In this document: one piece after another, positions 12,642-27,092 of the stretch
Numbering within the stretch: the stretch's first letter is position 1
How the letters are laid out: each line of letters begins with the position of its first letter
NCBI RefSeq assembly: GCF_009914755.1
Contig: NC_060930.1
Length of the DNA: 64,000 bases
Source: the human T2T-CHM13v2.0 reference genome, Homo sapiens
Strand: one strand, 5' to 3'
Translations under genes and position numbers: made by a program
The notes under the pieces: model-generated
Told to the model about the DNA's origin: nothing
Database searches by the model: none
Seen by the model: the letters and a program-made list of their open reading frames with translations, nothing else

Positions 12642-12952
12642 TTTTTTTCTTTCTTTCTTTCTTTTTTTTTTTTTTGGTGACAGGGTCTCACACTGTATCA
12701 CCCAGGCTGCAGTGTCATGGTACAGTCAGAGCTTACTGCAGCTTCAAACTGTTGGGCTCAAGCGATCCTCCTGCCTCAGCCTCCGCAGTAGTGGCGACTA
12801 TAGCCATGCGCTACCAAGTCTGGCTAATTTTTAAATTTTTTAGAGAGAAAGAGTCTCCCTGTGTTTGCCAGGCTGGTCTCGAACTCCTGGCCTCAAGCCA
12901 CCTTGGCCTCCCAAAGTGCTGGGATTACAGGTGTGAGCCACTGCACCCAGCC
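12642..12952 (-). mobile_element. AluJ SINE
   Basis: Diverged dimer with J-type acagggtctcac and ggctcaagcgatcctcc; poly-T on the + strand. Confidence 0.9.
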
Positions 12953-13169
12953 AGGAAAATTTTAAGTCCTCAAGTACTTGGTGCTTTTTGCTATAAGCAG
13001 TTTGGATTTGAAATACTGCTCTGTTGCTTACCAGCCACATGATGTGAATGTAGTATCTCACCTCTCCAAGCTTATGGCTTTCTCATCACTATAATATTTA
13101 ATGTTTTTATTTTAAGAATTTGAGATAACATGTATAAAGTAATTGGCTATGTCAATATTATGAAGAAGA

Positions 13170-13470
<301 letters not shown>

Positions 13471-14321
13471 TTATGAAGAAGAAATATTACTTAAACTAAA
13501 ATCCGAAGCCAGGAAGAGAAGTCTAATTTTGGGTAAGAATATTGTAACATCCATAGCAAAAACATTAATGACTAAAATCAAATGATGGATTTTTCTTTTG
13601 AGTCCAAATTATGTTTTATGAAAAACTGCTCTGTAGATAGATGTTTAGTATGACAGTTACCTTTCATTTTCTAAATTTGAGAAGTGCAAATTTATGCTAC
13701 GGGCGGCCTTATAATCCCTTTCAAAAATAGGAAGTATCAATCTATAAGCTAATATTTTTAAGACATTTTAGTAGCATTGTCTTTTTTCTGCAAAAGACAT
13801 TGAGATTTTAATGCTGTTATAGAAATCCTAAGTTTGAGCTTTAAAATTGCAAATAATAATTATGAAAGTAAACATAATAGAAGAAATGACTCATTTTCTT
13901 ATTACTATGACTTTTGCACATTTAGTTATTTAATAATTCAGGTGATAGGAATATTCTTTGGACCAGAAACTCTTAAGTTCTGCATTCTACCATGATTAGA
14001 TTGCCTGTCTTATAAAGAATAAGAAACATGGTTTTATGAAAAGTTACTCTATAATGAAAAACCTAAATATGCCACCAATAAATTGTAGTACTAGGTTTAA
14101 AGCCACTCTGTGGATGGGAGTTAAATTTCCCATCCTTAAAGCGGCATTTTCTTTCTTTTAATTTTTTTAATGGCTCCTGTATGTCAGAATTAAAAAATGA
14201 TTTTTTTAAACTCTATATCAACTGTGGAATGAGGATTAGAACCCAGGTTTCCAGTCATATGATAGAATATACAATAGGATCAAAATTTTATTCCAAATAG
14301 CATATTTATCAGACATTTTAT

Positions 14322-14588
<267 letters not shown>

Positions 14589-16798
14589 TTATGAGACATT
14601 TTATATTCATAAAAATTTATTTCTTGTTAGTCTAATGAATGAGGAGACTAAAGGCTAACCCAAAGGCAAGGAAGCATTCAGAAGAGATTCTGAAATAATC
14701 ATGAAGTCATTCTGAATATAAAATGGCTTCCCACAATACTAAAAATATGCTGACTATGCATTCAGATGTGAAAAAATGAGAGAGCTCATTAACTTTTGAA
14801 TGGACAGCATTAAAGTAAATATTTCTATGTTTAAATAGAAATGTAATTTCTTTTGTATATAAATTACATCTTACTGGTTTTCTGGCGTTTTTTTTTTCTC
14901 TCTCTCAACCTCCATAATTGACTATCTTTACCTTCTCAGTGTGTGTTTTATTTTTGAGGAGACTGCTGCATGTGAGTTTAAGATTTACCAGGTAATTTCT
15001 GGGTATCATTTTGTTGTTCTCACAGACTGTTGTGAAACCTTCCTTCTCACTTCCTCCTTTCTGATGAGATTCAGGTTTTAAAAATTCCTAGGATTAACAG
15101 TGTTTGGGGGCTGAGTTTGCTGGGTTTGACACGGTTGCATTTTAGATATCTAGAAAAACATGTCAAGTGGTGACCAGGACTTTGTTGGGGCCAGAATGAA
15201 TTTACAAGCTAGTGTTTTCTAGGATATTTGTATTGATTTTTCTCTAGCAGCTAATCAATCAGTTTCAGTTGTATAAGTGATGGAGCAAACCTTTTTAAGT
15301 GTGCAGGGTGAGTGGTGTGGAAACAACACCTTTCACCGCACTGTCTCTGGAATCAAAATGTAGAGATGATGGATGAGCTGTTTTTATAGCTATCGTGTGC
15401 TTTTCTAGATCTCATTTGTGGGTTACTACTTTTTGGCTCCCTCATAAATCTGAAAAGCCCCTGCAAGATAAGTGGCATAAACTGGTTATGGAAAGGTAAA
15501 ATAAATTAGGATGAAATATTCAGAACAGGGAGAAAATTTCTTGATGCCTAGTGATTTCGATTAATTTCGATATTAATGTTGGAATTTTAAAAAATGGATT
15601 CTGTATTTCAAGACTTGCAAAGATACTATCTAGTATGTATAAGATTAATTATGAAATGCAACTGTAGTACATTGCTTCCAACTTTTTTAGATAGGAAACA
15701 ATATGAGCAATATTTGATTTTCTATTGTATAAGCTTAAAAGTGTTCAGTTGTACACTTTATATCAAGTCCCATTTGACTGTAATGATGATTAGTATACAC
15801 TGATTTCGACCCAAGATTAAAAGGGGGCCATAATTGTATTCTGTTGATTTATATGGCAGTTAAATTAAATGTCTCTTTAATTCCTTTATCTTTTCATATG
15901 TGCTGTATTCAATTGAGAAATGCATGTTATCTGTAGGATTAATGATGCAATTTACATGTTTGTTATAACAATTGTCAACTTCCAAAAAGGATTTTAGGCA
16001 GCTTACATTAAATGATTGTATGTAAAAGACCATGGAAATAAGAACCATGTAAAATGCTGTATTGTGTTTTGAAAGAGGGAAGATGATTTTACAACTGTTG
16101 AGTCCTGGCTCTTCAGAAGAATAGTGAAATAGAGTGATTTATATAATCTGATAGGAGTATGTAAAAGAAAGTATACACTGTACCAAGAGAAGTCTACATG
16201 TTTCTAGGCACTGAACCCTCAGAATTATTTTCATGCATTCTTTCCTAAGAGACACTGAATGATATAGTAGAAATGTTTTTGACTAATGATAGAAATTGAA
16301 GATATATTTTCTACCTGGCTTTTTCTTCTGTTGATTCTTGCAAAACCCAAAAATATAATATTAAAATGTAACCTTTAAAAGACATTTTTTGGGAGAACTA
16401 AATAAATGTAATGTACATAATACACATAACTGGATCGTGAACACAGTGCCTAAATAGCTATTTATCAGATATTCAGTTTAAATAAGCTAAGATTAATCGC
16501 TGTGACTTCAGGGACTGTTAGTTTAGACTATCAGTGGCAGAAACAGAGTATAATTTATGTGGCCTTTGCCTATTCAGGTCTCTGAGTTTCTGTCAGTGGT
16601 GTTTAAACTTTTCTTAGCAACAAAGGGTACCCTTTTTACAAAGGAAACTTGAAAAAGTAGAGGCAGACCACCGTGGTTGAAGTAGAAGTGGGGCCCTGTT
16701 TAATGAGGCCTTTCCTCAGAACTTTGAGGATTCAGCCAGAATCTGCTGGTTTAGATGAGTGTTTCTGATTATTTAAGGTATTCCTGAACACTGCAATC

Positions 16799-16960
16799 CA
16801 GGAGTGGTGAAGGTTTCCTTCAAGGACAAATAGTAAATATTTTAGGCTTTGTGGGCCATAAGGCCTCTGCTGCAACTATTTAGTTCTGCCCTTGTAGCAT
16901 GAAAGCAGCCACAGAAAATATGCAAATAAATGGATATGGCTGTGCTTCATTAAAACTGTA
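16799..16960 (-). mobile_element. MER58A hAT-Charlie fossil
   Basis: atagtaaatattttaggctttgtgggccata...gtagcatgaaagcagccacaga matches the MER58A reverse complement. Confidence 0.8.
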
Positions 16961-16965
16961 TGATA

Positions 16966-17283
16966 GACCAGTCGTGGTGGCTCACGCCTGTAATCCCAGC
17001 ACTTTGAGAGGGTCTCGGCAGGCAGATCACTTGAGTTCAGGAGTTCAAGACCAGGCTGCCACACAGGATGAAACCCCTTCTCTACTAAAAATACAAAAAT
17101 TAGCTAGGCGTGGTGGCGCACGCCTGTAACCCCAGCTACTTGGGAGGCCGAGGTGGAAGAGTCATTTGAACCCGGAAGGTGAGGTTGCAGTGAGCCAAGA
17201 TCGTGCCACTGCACTCCAGCCTGGGCAACAGAGGGGATTTCGTCTCAAAAAACAAAACAAAAAAAAAAAACAAAAAAAAAAAC
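16966..17283 (+). mobile_element. AluS (Sz/Sx-like) SINE
   Basis: Full dimer, A-rich tail, degenerate TSD ...tatgata. Confidence 0.9.
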
Positions 17284-17467
17284 CCTATATGATAGGGGTT
17301 ATTGATGAAGGGGTTCCATGGTCAATTCTGGGGGAAATTAATTTAAACAAATTAATCGAGATTCTTCATGGCAGAACTTCTGGTTCTGTGTCTAATATGT
17401 TAATACATATTGTCAATCCATAAAAGAAGGATTTAACCTTTAAGAACTAATATAGATGTAAAATAGA

Positions 17468-17633
17468 TTAATGTTCTCAATCTGGCCATTTAACTCACTT
17501 GTCAGTCTTATAAAACCAAAACTAAATGTGTCTGCGTCATAACCCTAACAATTACATCACAATTTCCATGGATGAGGGCTTTGCGTTTTCTAAAATACAG
17601 GTGACTGCAATGATAGTCAGAGGCGAGAACTAC
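17468..17633. mobile_element. MER5-family hAT-Charlie fossil
   Basis: TIR-like ends gttctcaa / gagaactac; internal caggtgactgcaatg. Confidence 0.5.
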
Positions 17634-18971
17634 AATTAAGAACCACTATTCTAGAAAATTTTTTGGTTGAAGCTGTAAAATGAGCTGACCCTCTCAATTC
17701 TGTAGTGAGAAGGAGTCTGAGGAAAAACCCTGGTTGATTAGTAAATAATGGCCATATGGGGAAGGTGGAGGGGCAACACAATCGTTGTTAATTTGCTATT
17801 ACCGCCCTAGATAGTGAATGGATGGTTTCAAAGTCCAAAGGTACTTATTTAAGTTAAAAGGCTCAGCTGTTTTTGTTATCAACCAAGGCATCACAAAAGG
17901 ATGGCTGACATTTATGGAGTACTTACAGTGCATAGATAGGAATTACGATGAAAACCACATGGTCCCTGTCTTTAAAGATCCCCTCCTAGTTTAGGAGAGA
18001 GAGTAGCAAGTTGGACTAATGAAAATTGAAGTATGCAGAAACAGACACCAAATTTGGGATAACAGAAGTCATTCTTACAAATCAGCCAGGTTTCCTCCTC
18101 AGAATCCCTCTCACTAAGTTTTTGTTAGCCACTGCCATTGATTATGCTGAGTATTCAGGATGAGATCTACTTGCTGTTCTGAATCCCGAGGCTTCTGTTA
18201 TGCCGAAGTCTCTGAAAGAAAGAAACCAAATGGTGACTCTTTAACTAAGGTAACTATTGGAACTATGTAGCTGTTATTTTTCCATTCATTCAACAAATAT
18301 TTATTGAGCATTCATTAGAAGCAGTTCTTATTTCTGCTAATAGGCACATGCTTTAGAAAAGGTATGATAACAGTACATTATCACAATCAATAATTGATTA
18401 CTTCTGCCAGTAAGGAGGACAGAAAGAGAGGTTTGCTGATAATGGGGCAGACAGCTTATCCTTGCCATCGGAAACAAGGATGTGATCCCAAGTTTGTTAC
18501 ATTTGTTCATAATTCTGAGTTTTCATAGTTCAGAGTATGTATAGTCCAACGCACAGAAAATCTGCTGCTTCTGGAAATACCTTGTTAAATCTATCCTTAA
18601 TGAAAATCATAGTGCAGTCATCCCTCACTGCTATTGGTGAGTGTTATTTACGTTTTACTCTTTTGTGCTCTATAAAACAGTTTACAAACATGCAGTTAAG
18701 TATAAAAGTTATTTAAAATAATGAGGCTCTGGGAAAACAGATAAGAATAGAAAGTCCAAAACTTGGTGGAAAATTGGAGCACAGGAAAGTTGGCCATAAT
18801 CACACATGTGGTTTTTAAAATCAAGCAACAGTTTTGACTCTTAGCTTCTTGAACACTTATTGTCTTTAAAGAAAAGTAATACCAGCTTGGCATTAGGTTT
18901 GAAAGAGTTTTCACATAGGGAGTGGTGAGGGATAGAGTAGGTCCCAGCAGCGTCCCTTTAACACTCACTCA

Positions 18972-19382
<411 letters not shown>

Positions 19383-21374
19383 TTATTGGGTGCTAAGACA
19401 ATACAAAGTATACTACTCACTGATAATCTGGTCTACTTCCAGATTCCACAGCCATTGGGGGCTGTAAAGGACTCCTGTTATAGAGGCTAATACCTTAGGG
19501 GTTTGTACACCATAGGTCATTTTGTGAGGTGGTATAGCTAGGTCCAGGAAGACAGCATTAGAATTTGTATTTATTTGTGTTTTCTCATTCTTTAAATTTT
19601 TCTTTTCTTTGTGTATGTTTCATATTGTATATATTAGTACAATAGTACATGAGTATAATTAATAAGTATACATCCATGGGAATACTTTTAAAAATTTTTT
19701 TAGCTGATTCAGAAAGCGATATGTGGAGACCACTGATTTAAAGGAACAAATAGCCTGCCCATTTTCCACTATAAACATAATTCTTTCAGCGAGACGTTTG
19801 GTTTGAATAGGGCAACAGACTTCTGTGTTCTCTATCAAGATCCTGAGGTGCCCATATTCTGCTTTGATTGAGTGCAAATCCACCTGCTTTTGAGATCAAA
19901 TAAGCAAATAATGAAGTTTATGTCCTTTGGAGGAAAACTGATGTATTTAATGAAGATTCTTGCCTGCATCTGGTGAGAGCCATGCGTCTCTGCTCAGAGG
20001 TGGAGAGAAATGCTGCTTACTCAGGAGCACGTGTTTCCCATTGCTTCATCTGTATTTTAGGACATGGGAAGACTTAACCAAGAGGGGATTGGGGTCAGGC
20101 GTATGTGGCAGTGTGAATATGGGTTTAGTAGGTGCACAATAAATGTTGAATGAGTGGTTAATCTAGAATTGATTATGCCTGATGAAATTCCATGTATGAC
20201 TTGGAACCCATAATGAAAAAGTAGTATGGAAAAACCATACTTTTTAAGTGGGCAAGAGATATTGCTTAGTTTCAGCTGCTGTTCCAGCACAATTGAATGC
20301 TGTGTCTTATGACATGGGCTTGATTTTATAACACCAGATATGTAGAGGTGGTGGCTTTCCAAGATTTACAACAGAGAAATAATTTACTTTGGGAAATCAT
20401 CTGATAGTTAATGGGTATCTAACGTTTTACCAAAGGGGTATGTCCACCTAGTTCCACACTTACAGTTATAAGTAATATATATTTGCTTTGATACCTTTAC
20501 TAAACAAAATTCTACAAATGATTCTTGTGACCAGGTACAAGAGTTAACCAAATGTTTGCGTTTACCATTTGAGCTGAGGCTGATCTGTCTCTGGGATGAT
20601 GTTGGAGAACTTTAAAGGCTGCAAGTTGGTTTTGGAAGGTTGTTTAATGGAATTTTAATAGCCTTGGAAAGATGTGAAAGTGATACTGCTACCTGGTGGT
20701 TTGTAAACCCGACCTTTGTGAGATGTTTTCTGGGCAAAAGTACTACTTTGTGATGCCAGCAGCCTTTATTGATTCCGCAGAGTCTGCAGTTTTCTAACAC
20801 TGGCTGTCAATTCATTCCAGTTGAAAAATTATTAAATTTCTTCTCCTGCTTGTGTGGATATTAAACTGCAGTAAACATACTTGCACAATATCAGGTAAGG
20901 CGAGCAAAATTTCCTGCCTGGAAAAAGAAATGTTTGTTAGTGGGACCTTGGCTGTTCTGCAGAGGTTATACGTTTCTGTATTTCTTTTTATTTGTTGTTC
21001 TCAGTCATGCTTTTTATTTCTCGTGGTGAGTTCCAACACATTTCTTGTTATTTGTAATATAAGAAAGAGAAGTTTGATTTAGATTGCTGACTTTTAAAAA
21101 TACGTCCTCTTAGTTAATCATTTCTGGTAGTGTGAACAAGAGGGAAACCTGGGTGGTAAGAGTTTTTAACCTGTGACAATATAATTGGGTAAGAATGAGA
21201 AAGAATTGATGAAACAAGGAATGAATAAGGAATGAATGATTCTGTGATCATACAGTCCACATAGATCTTTCTGATTTGTTGACTTTTAGTTAAGGAAGAG
21301 GAATGATGATGAGATAGTAATCATTTATAAAAGTAGATTTTAAACACCTCCATCTTTGAGAATAACCTCTGGAG

Positions 21375-21555
21375 CTGGCAGTTATTGAGGTCATTGGCAC
21401 TTATTGAGGTATATGTTTGAAATGCAAATATCTGGCCACATTCCCAATTCAGTAGCCTTGCCATAGGCCCAGGAATTTGCATTTTTCAAAACAATCATTT
21501 CAAATGTTTGGGAGGCAGATGATACAAAGATCACTTCTAGAAATGTTTGTCTAGA
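21375..21555. mobile_element. MER5-family fossil
   Basis: gaaatgcaaatatctggcc...ggcccaggaatttgcattttt is a typical MER5 interior. Confidence 0.55.
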
Positions 21556-21737
21556 GAACCTTCTTAATTACGTATACCAAAACATTTGATCAAAGTAGTA
21601 AAGAGGATTGGGGAAGAAATGTACCATTTATGTGAGCTAATAAAAATCTGGGCCAGTTTTCTCTCTGTGATAGATATAGGCCCCAGCTCCATTCCTCCCA
21701 CACCAGACCTTTCTTCAGATTCTTTTTGGGGAATTTC

Positions 21738-22024
<287 letters not shown>

Positions 22025-23102
22025 TCTTCTGGGGAATTTTAAAATACAGATTTCCAGGCTCTACCTCAAAAGATTTTGATACTGAGCTAGGCTTACAAGC
22101 CTGGGAATGTTTATTTTTAAAGCTCTGTAAGTTTGGGAATCAGTAGCCTAGATTTTTTCTGGAATTTAGCTCTTTTTATTCTGTATTGACTTTTTTTTTT
22201 CCTGTTTATGTATCAATATTTTGGTACAGTTTGAGATGAGCCTTTCAAAGCAAAATATCACACTGTATATAATTAGAAGAAGAAAGGGACCTTGAACTTC
22301 CTTATCCATGTCTTAATAAAACTGATACGCCTGTAATGTGAAAATAATTCTTCATTTTTTATCCACATGAATGAAGTAATTAGCTTATTTGGTTTTATAG
22401 ATATATAGTAATATATAAATTTGTGTAGTTTTGGAAGATAACTTTATTTCCTTGAGACAAGGTATATCTTTGCTTATTTCTCTTTATTTGAGAAGAAGTG
22501 CTAAATCTGAATTGTAGTAGGAATCTGCAGTTCTTCCAGTATGGACAGTGCTTCATTTTGATACATTTACATGATGGAGTGTTATAAAATTGCATGTAAT
22601 AATGTTTACAAAGTTGATAATAACTCAGAAAATGTCTTATAATGTTGATTTTTAAGAAATGTAATGTATGTAATGTATGATCACAATTACTTTTAAAAGG
22701 AAGTAAAAATAAAAATTAAAAACAGAAAAAAAGGAGAAATTATGCCAAAATGTTACTTTTCTTGGGGACAAAGAGTATATTAAACATTTTTGCTAGTTTA
22801 ATATTTTCTATATTTTTCATAAGTACATATATCACTGTAGTTAGACTACATAAACAAAATAAAATTTATTTTTAAAGAATTGCATATTATCCATTTTTTA
22901 GTATAGGAAATTAAATCACATATGTATCTTTTTTTAATGAGTCACTTTTTGTTACTTGACTAAGCTATAAAAATAGAAATTTGACTATTTGAAACATTTG
23001 ATAAACTAAAATTTATAGATTAACTTTGAAGTTCATGGATTCTCTTTGATCATGTGGTAGCCTAATATTCTGAAAATTTTCTTTTAACAAATAAATGGTG
23101 TT

Positions 23103-23177
23103 CGCTGCACTCCAGCCTGGGTGACAAAGTGAGATCCTGACTCAGAAAAAATAAAAAACTTAAAAAAAAAAGAAAAA
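23103..23177 (+). mobile_element. Severely 5'-truncated Alu (last ~40 nt plus tail)
   Basis: cgctgcactccagcctgggtgacaaagtgagatcctgactc plus A-rich tail; TSD aaatggtgtt (23093-23102 / 23178-23187). Confidence 0.85.
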
Positions 23178-23712
23178 AAATGGTGTTATGAAGATCTGCT
23201 TCAGGGGAAATCTGGAAGCCACCTGGCTTTCCCTCTTCCATTTCCTGCCTGACTCTATGGTCTTAACTACAAATCTATGAATACGTAAAAGAACTGCGGA
23301 ATAGGAGGAAGCCTTTGCAGTTACTTCCCTTGCCCTTCATTTCCAGCTGAGGAACATGAAGCCTACAGAGAGGTGACTCCCCAAGCTGCTGTCACCCAAT
23401 GCCAGTTCTGTCACCACTACACTGTGGCTTCTTCAGCTCTAACAGTGATAGCATTGGTAATATCTTTTTGGAAAGACAATTCAAAGAATATGGGAGGAAA
23501 AAAATGATGGTGAGTATGAGAGTTTACAGAAAGAGAAGTTTTGGACTAGAAGATTAAGCAGTGGCTTCTTAGAAGAGAAAGAACTTGAGTAGGGCCAGAA
23601 GTGTTCTGCCTTTGAAGAGGAATACGGTTCAACTTTTCATCAAAGCCCATGAGATCCCATGTGATCTGGCTGCACTTTCCATTCCAGATTCATCCTGTTG
23701 CACTTTCTCTAA

Positions 23713-24257
<545 letters not shown>

Positions 24258-24293
24258 TAATTTGTACTTTGTATTCATTTATCTGTTTATTCA

Positions 24294-24734
<441 letters not shown>

Positions 24735-25499
24735 TTATAAACTAATAGAATCCTATGGAATTTAGATCTGTTTAGAAACATTCTGCATAGTGTGGTCTAT
24801 TTTTTTTTTTTTTTTTTTTTTAGAGAAAGCGTAAGCGTAAATTATGTAAATGGTTCTCTACAACCTCATCCTATTAGGAGGGTAAGAACTTTCCCTAAAT
24901 ACCTTTGCCAGTAGTGAAGTGACAGGCTTCAGTGATGGGGGTAGGAGTAGTAGCCATGTTTCATGAGTCAGGACTGATAGAGGATTTGCACATGGGCCTG
25001 TGCACCTGATATGTCAAATAATCAGACCTCAGAAATAACAGTGGATCCCAAAGTCCCAAACCAGAAGGGTAGCCCAGAATGTCATTAAAACAAAGAGATC
25101 TGATTCAGAGATCAAGGCCAGAGTGTGAAACCATAAATGTAAGCGTACGTAAACCTAAGCATGTGAAGATTAAATGGGAGAAGGTCCCGTCTGATTAACT
25201 GAATGGGTTCTGTTATTTGCCACTTGGAGTGCTGGACTTGACTCAGGGTTCAGAGGCCATGTGTGCCATGGGCAAAGCCCACTTTTGGCATAAAAATTAT
25301 TTAAATATTTAATTTTAGTTGATTTTATAGGTTGCATTATTGCTTATATATTTCATAAATATATTTTAAAATAATCAAATATTTAACAAATTTGGAAAAG
25401 CAACAATTCCTGTTTCCTTCTCTCTCTATAAAAAGTGGATAAACTTGAAAAATCCTTGGTAGACTATTACTTGGTAGCTCCCAGGATTCATGTTCTATG

Positions 25500-25890
25500 T
25501 AGACAGAACTTTTCCATGACAGCTGGCTTGCACATGTGTCTTGCTTTGGCTAGCAGTACATTAGAAAGTGTGATGCAGGCAGAGGTTTGATAAGCACTTG
25601 TGTGCTGGGGCTTGTTCTTGTGGGATGTTGCTGGAGCCCTGAGCCGCCATTGTCAGGAGATCTGTCTACCTTATTGGCAATATCATGTGGACAGAGAGAT
25701 GCTTAGCCAGCCCACAGAAATTTTAGCTTCCCAGCTGTGACTCCAGACATGTGAATGGAGAAGTCATATTGAATGTTCCAGCCACCACATTGATCAAATG
25801 ACCTGCCCACCTGAGCCTATCCCAGATTGCAGAAGAATTATTTTAAGCCAGTTATTTTTTGTATGATGTGTTATGCAGCCAGACATATTT
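25500..25890 (+). mobile_element. MLT1-family (ERVL-MaLR) LTR remnant
   Basis: ccagacatgtgaatg...ctgcccacctgagcc...ttttaagccagtt...gttatgcagcc has the typical MLT1 3' structure. Confidence 0.65.
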
Positions 25891-26179
25891 TGTTACTTTT
25901 TGACATGTATTTTAATAGTAAAATATTATAATACCGTTACATTTAACTCATAAGATTAGTTAGATAAATTGAGGTATGTTTTCCATGAAACTCAATATGT
26001 AGTAATATTAGGATTATAGTTTTAACAATTACTGGCATATCACCAGGAACTTTTAAGTGCAGAGAAAGCTAAAAATCACACAGCCAGTGGCCAAGTGGCT
26101 TACAGTTTACAGCCTAGCATGTAAGCCGTTATATCACGGAGTAATAAGAGCAGCGATTCAGTTAAGCTTGTGATACTAT

Positions 26180-26395
26180 GACATTTTGATTAAAACCAGA
26201 ATAGGTTCAATTCTGTTTCCATAGTTTCTAGCTCTGTGACCTTAAGAAAGTTACTTACTCTTATCCAACCTCAGTTTTCCCATTGTAAAAATAAGGATAA
26301 AGCATACTTACTAAATACCTGAAAATTAAAATAGTATAATACTAAGTCTGCAATACTTGGAAAATGCTTAATAAATGAATTCTTATTATTACTGT
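26180..26395 (+). mobile_element. MIR SINE
   Basis: ctagctctgtgaccttaagaaagttacttac...cctcagttttcccattgtaaaaataaggataa. Confidence 0.8.
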
Positions 26396-26502
26396 TCTTA
26401 ATGATATAACAAGAGAGCAAGGAGAAAGGAGGAACAGGAAAAAATAAGTCACCACCTAAGAAATGACTGTTGACATTCTTTCTGCCTTGTCTTCTTTCCA
26501 AC

Positions 26503-26503
<1 letters not shown>

Positions 26504-26543
<40 letters not shown>

Positions 26544-26564
26544 CACGCGCGCGTGCGCATATAC
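26504..26564. repeat. (TG)n-(CG)n compound alternating purine-pyrimidine tract
   Basis: 61 bp of unbroken pyrimidine-purine alternation read directly. Confidence 0.95.
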
Positions 26565-26585
26565 CCATATACTCTCACATAGCTA

Positions 26586-26910
<325 letters not shown>

Positions 26911-26929
26911 AAGAGGAAACACTGGACTA

Positions 26930-27092
26930 TATGCATATTTATAAAGTGCATACAGATCCCCTGGGAATTTTGTTAACATGCAAATTTTATTTTGGTGGGT
27001 CTTGTATGGGGCCTGAGAGTCTGCATTTTTAAGCTCCCAGGTAATGCTGATACTGCTGGTGCATGGGTCCCACTGAGTAGAAATGGACTGTA
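26930..27092. mobile_element. MER5A/B fossil
   Basis: ggggcctgagagtctgcatttttaagctcccaggtaatgctgatactgctggt matches MER5. Confidence 0.8.

Noticed and set aside
14940-14991. Possible small exon (ccttctcAG|...CAT|GTGAGT or CAG|GTAATT)
   Set aside because: Pseudoexon-like site pairs are abundant in long introns; both versions shift the frame and nothing else singles this one out.
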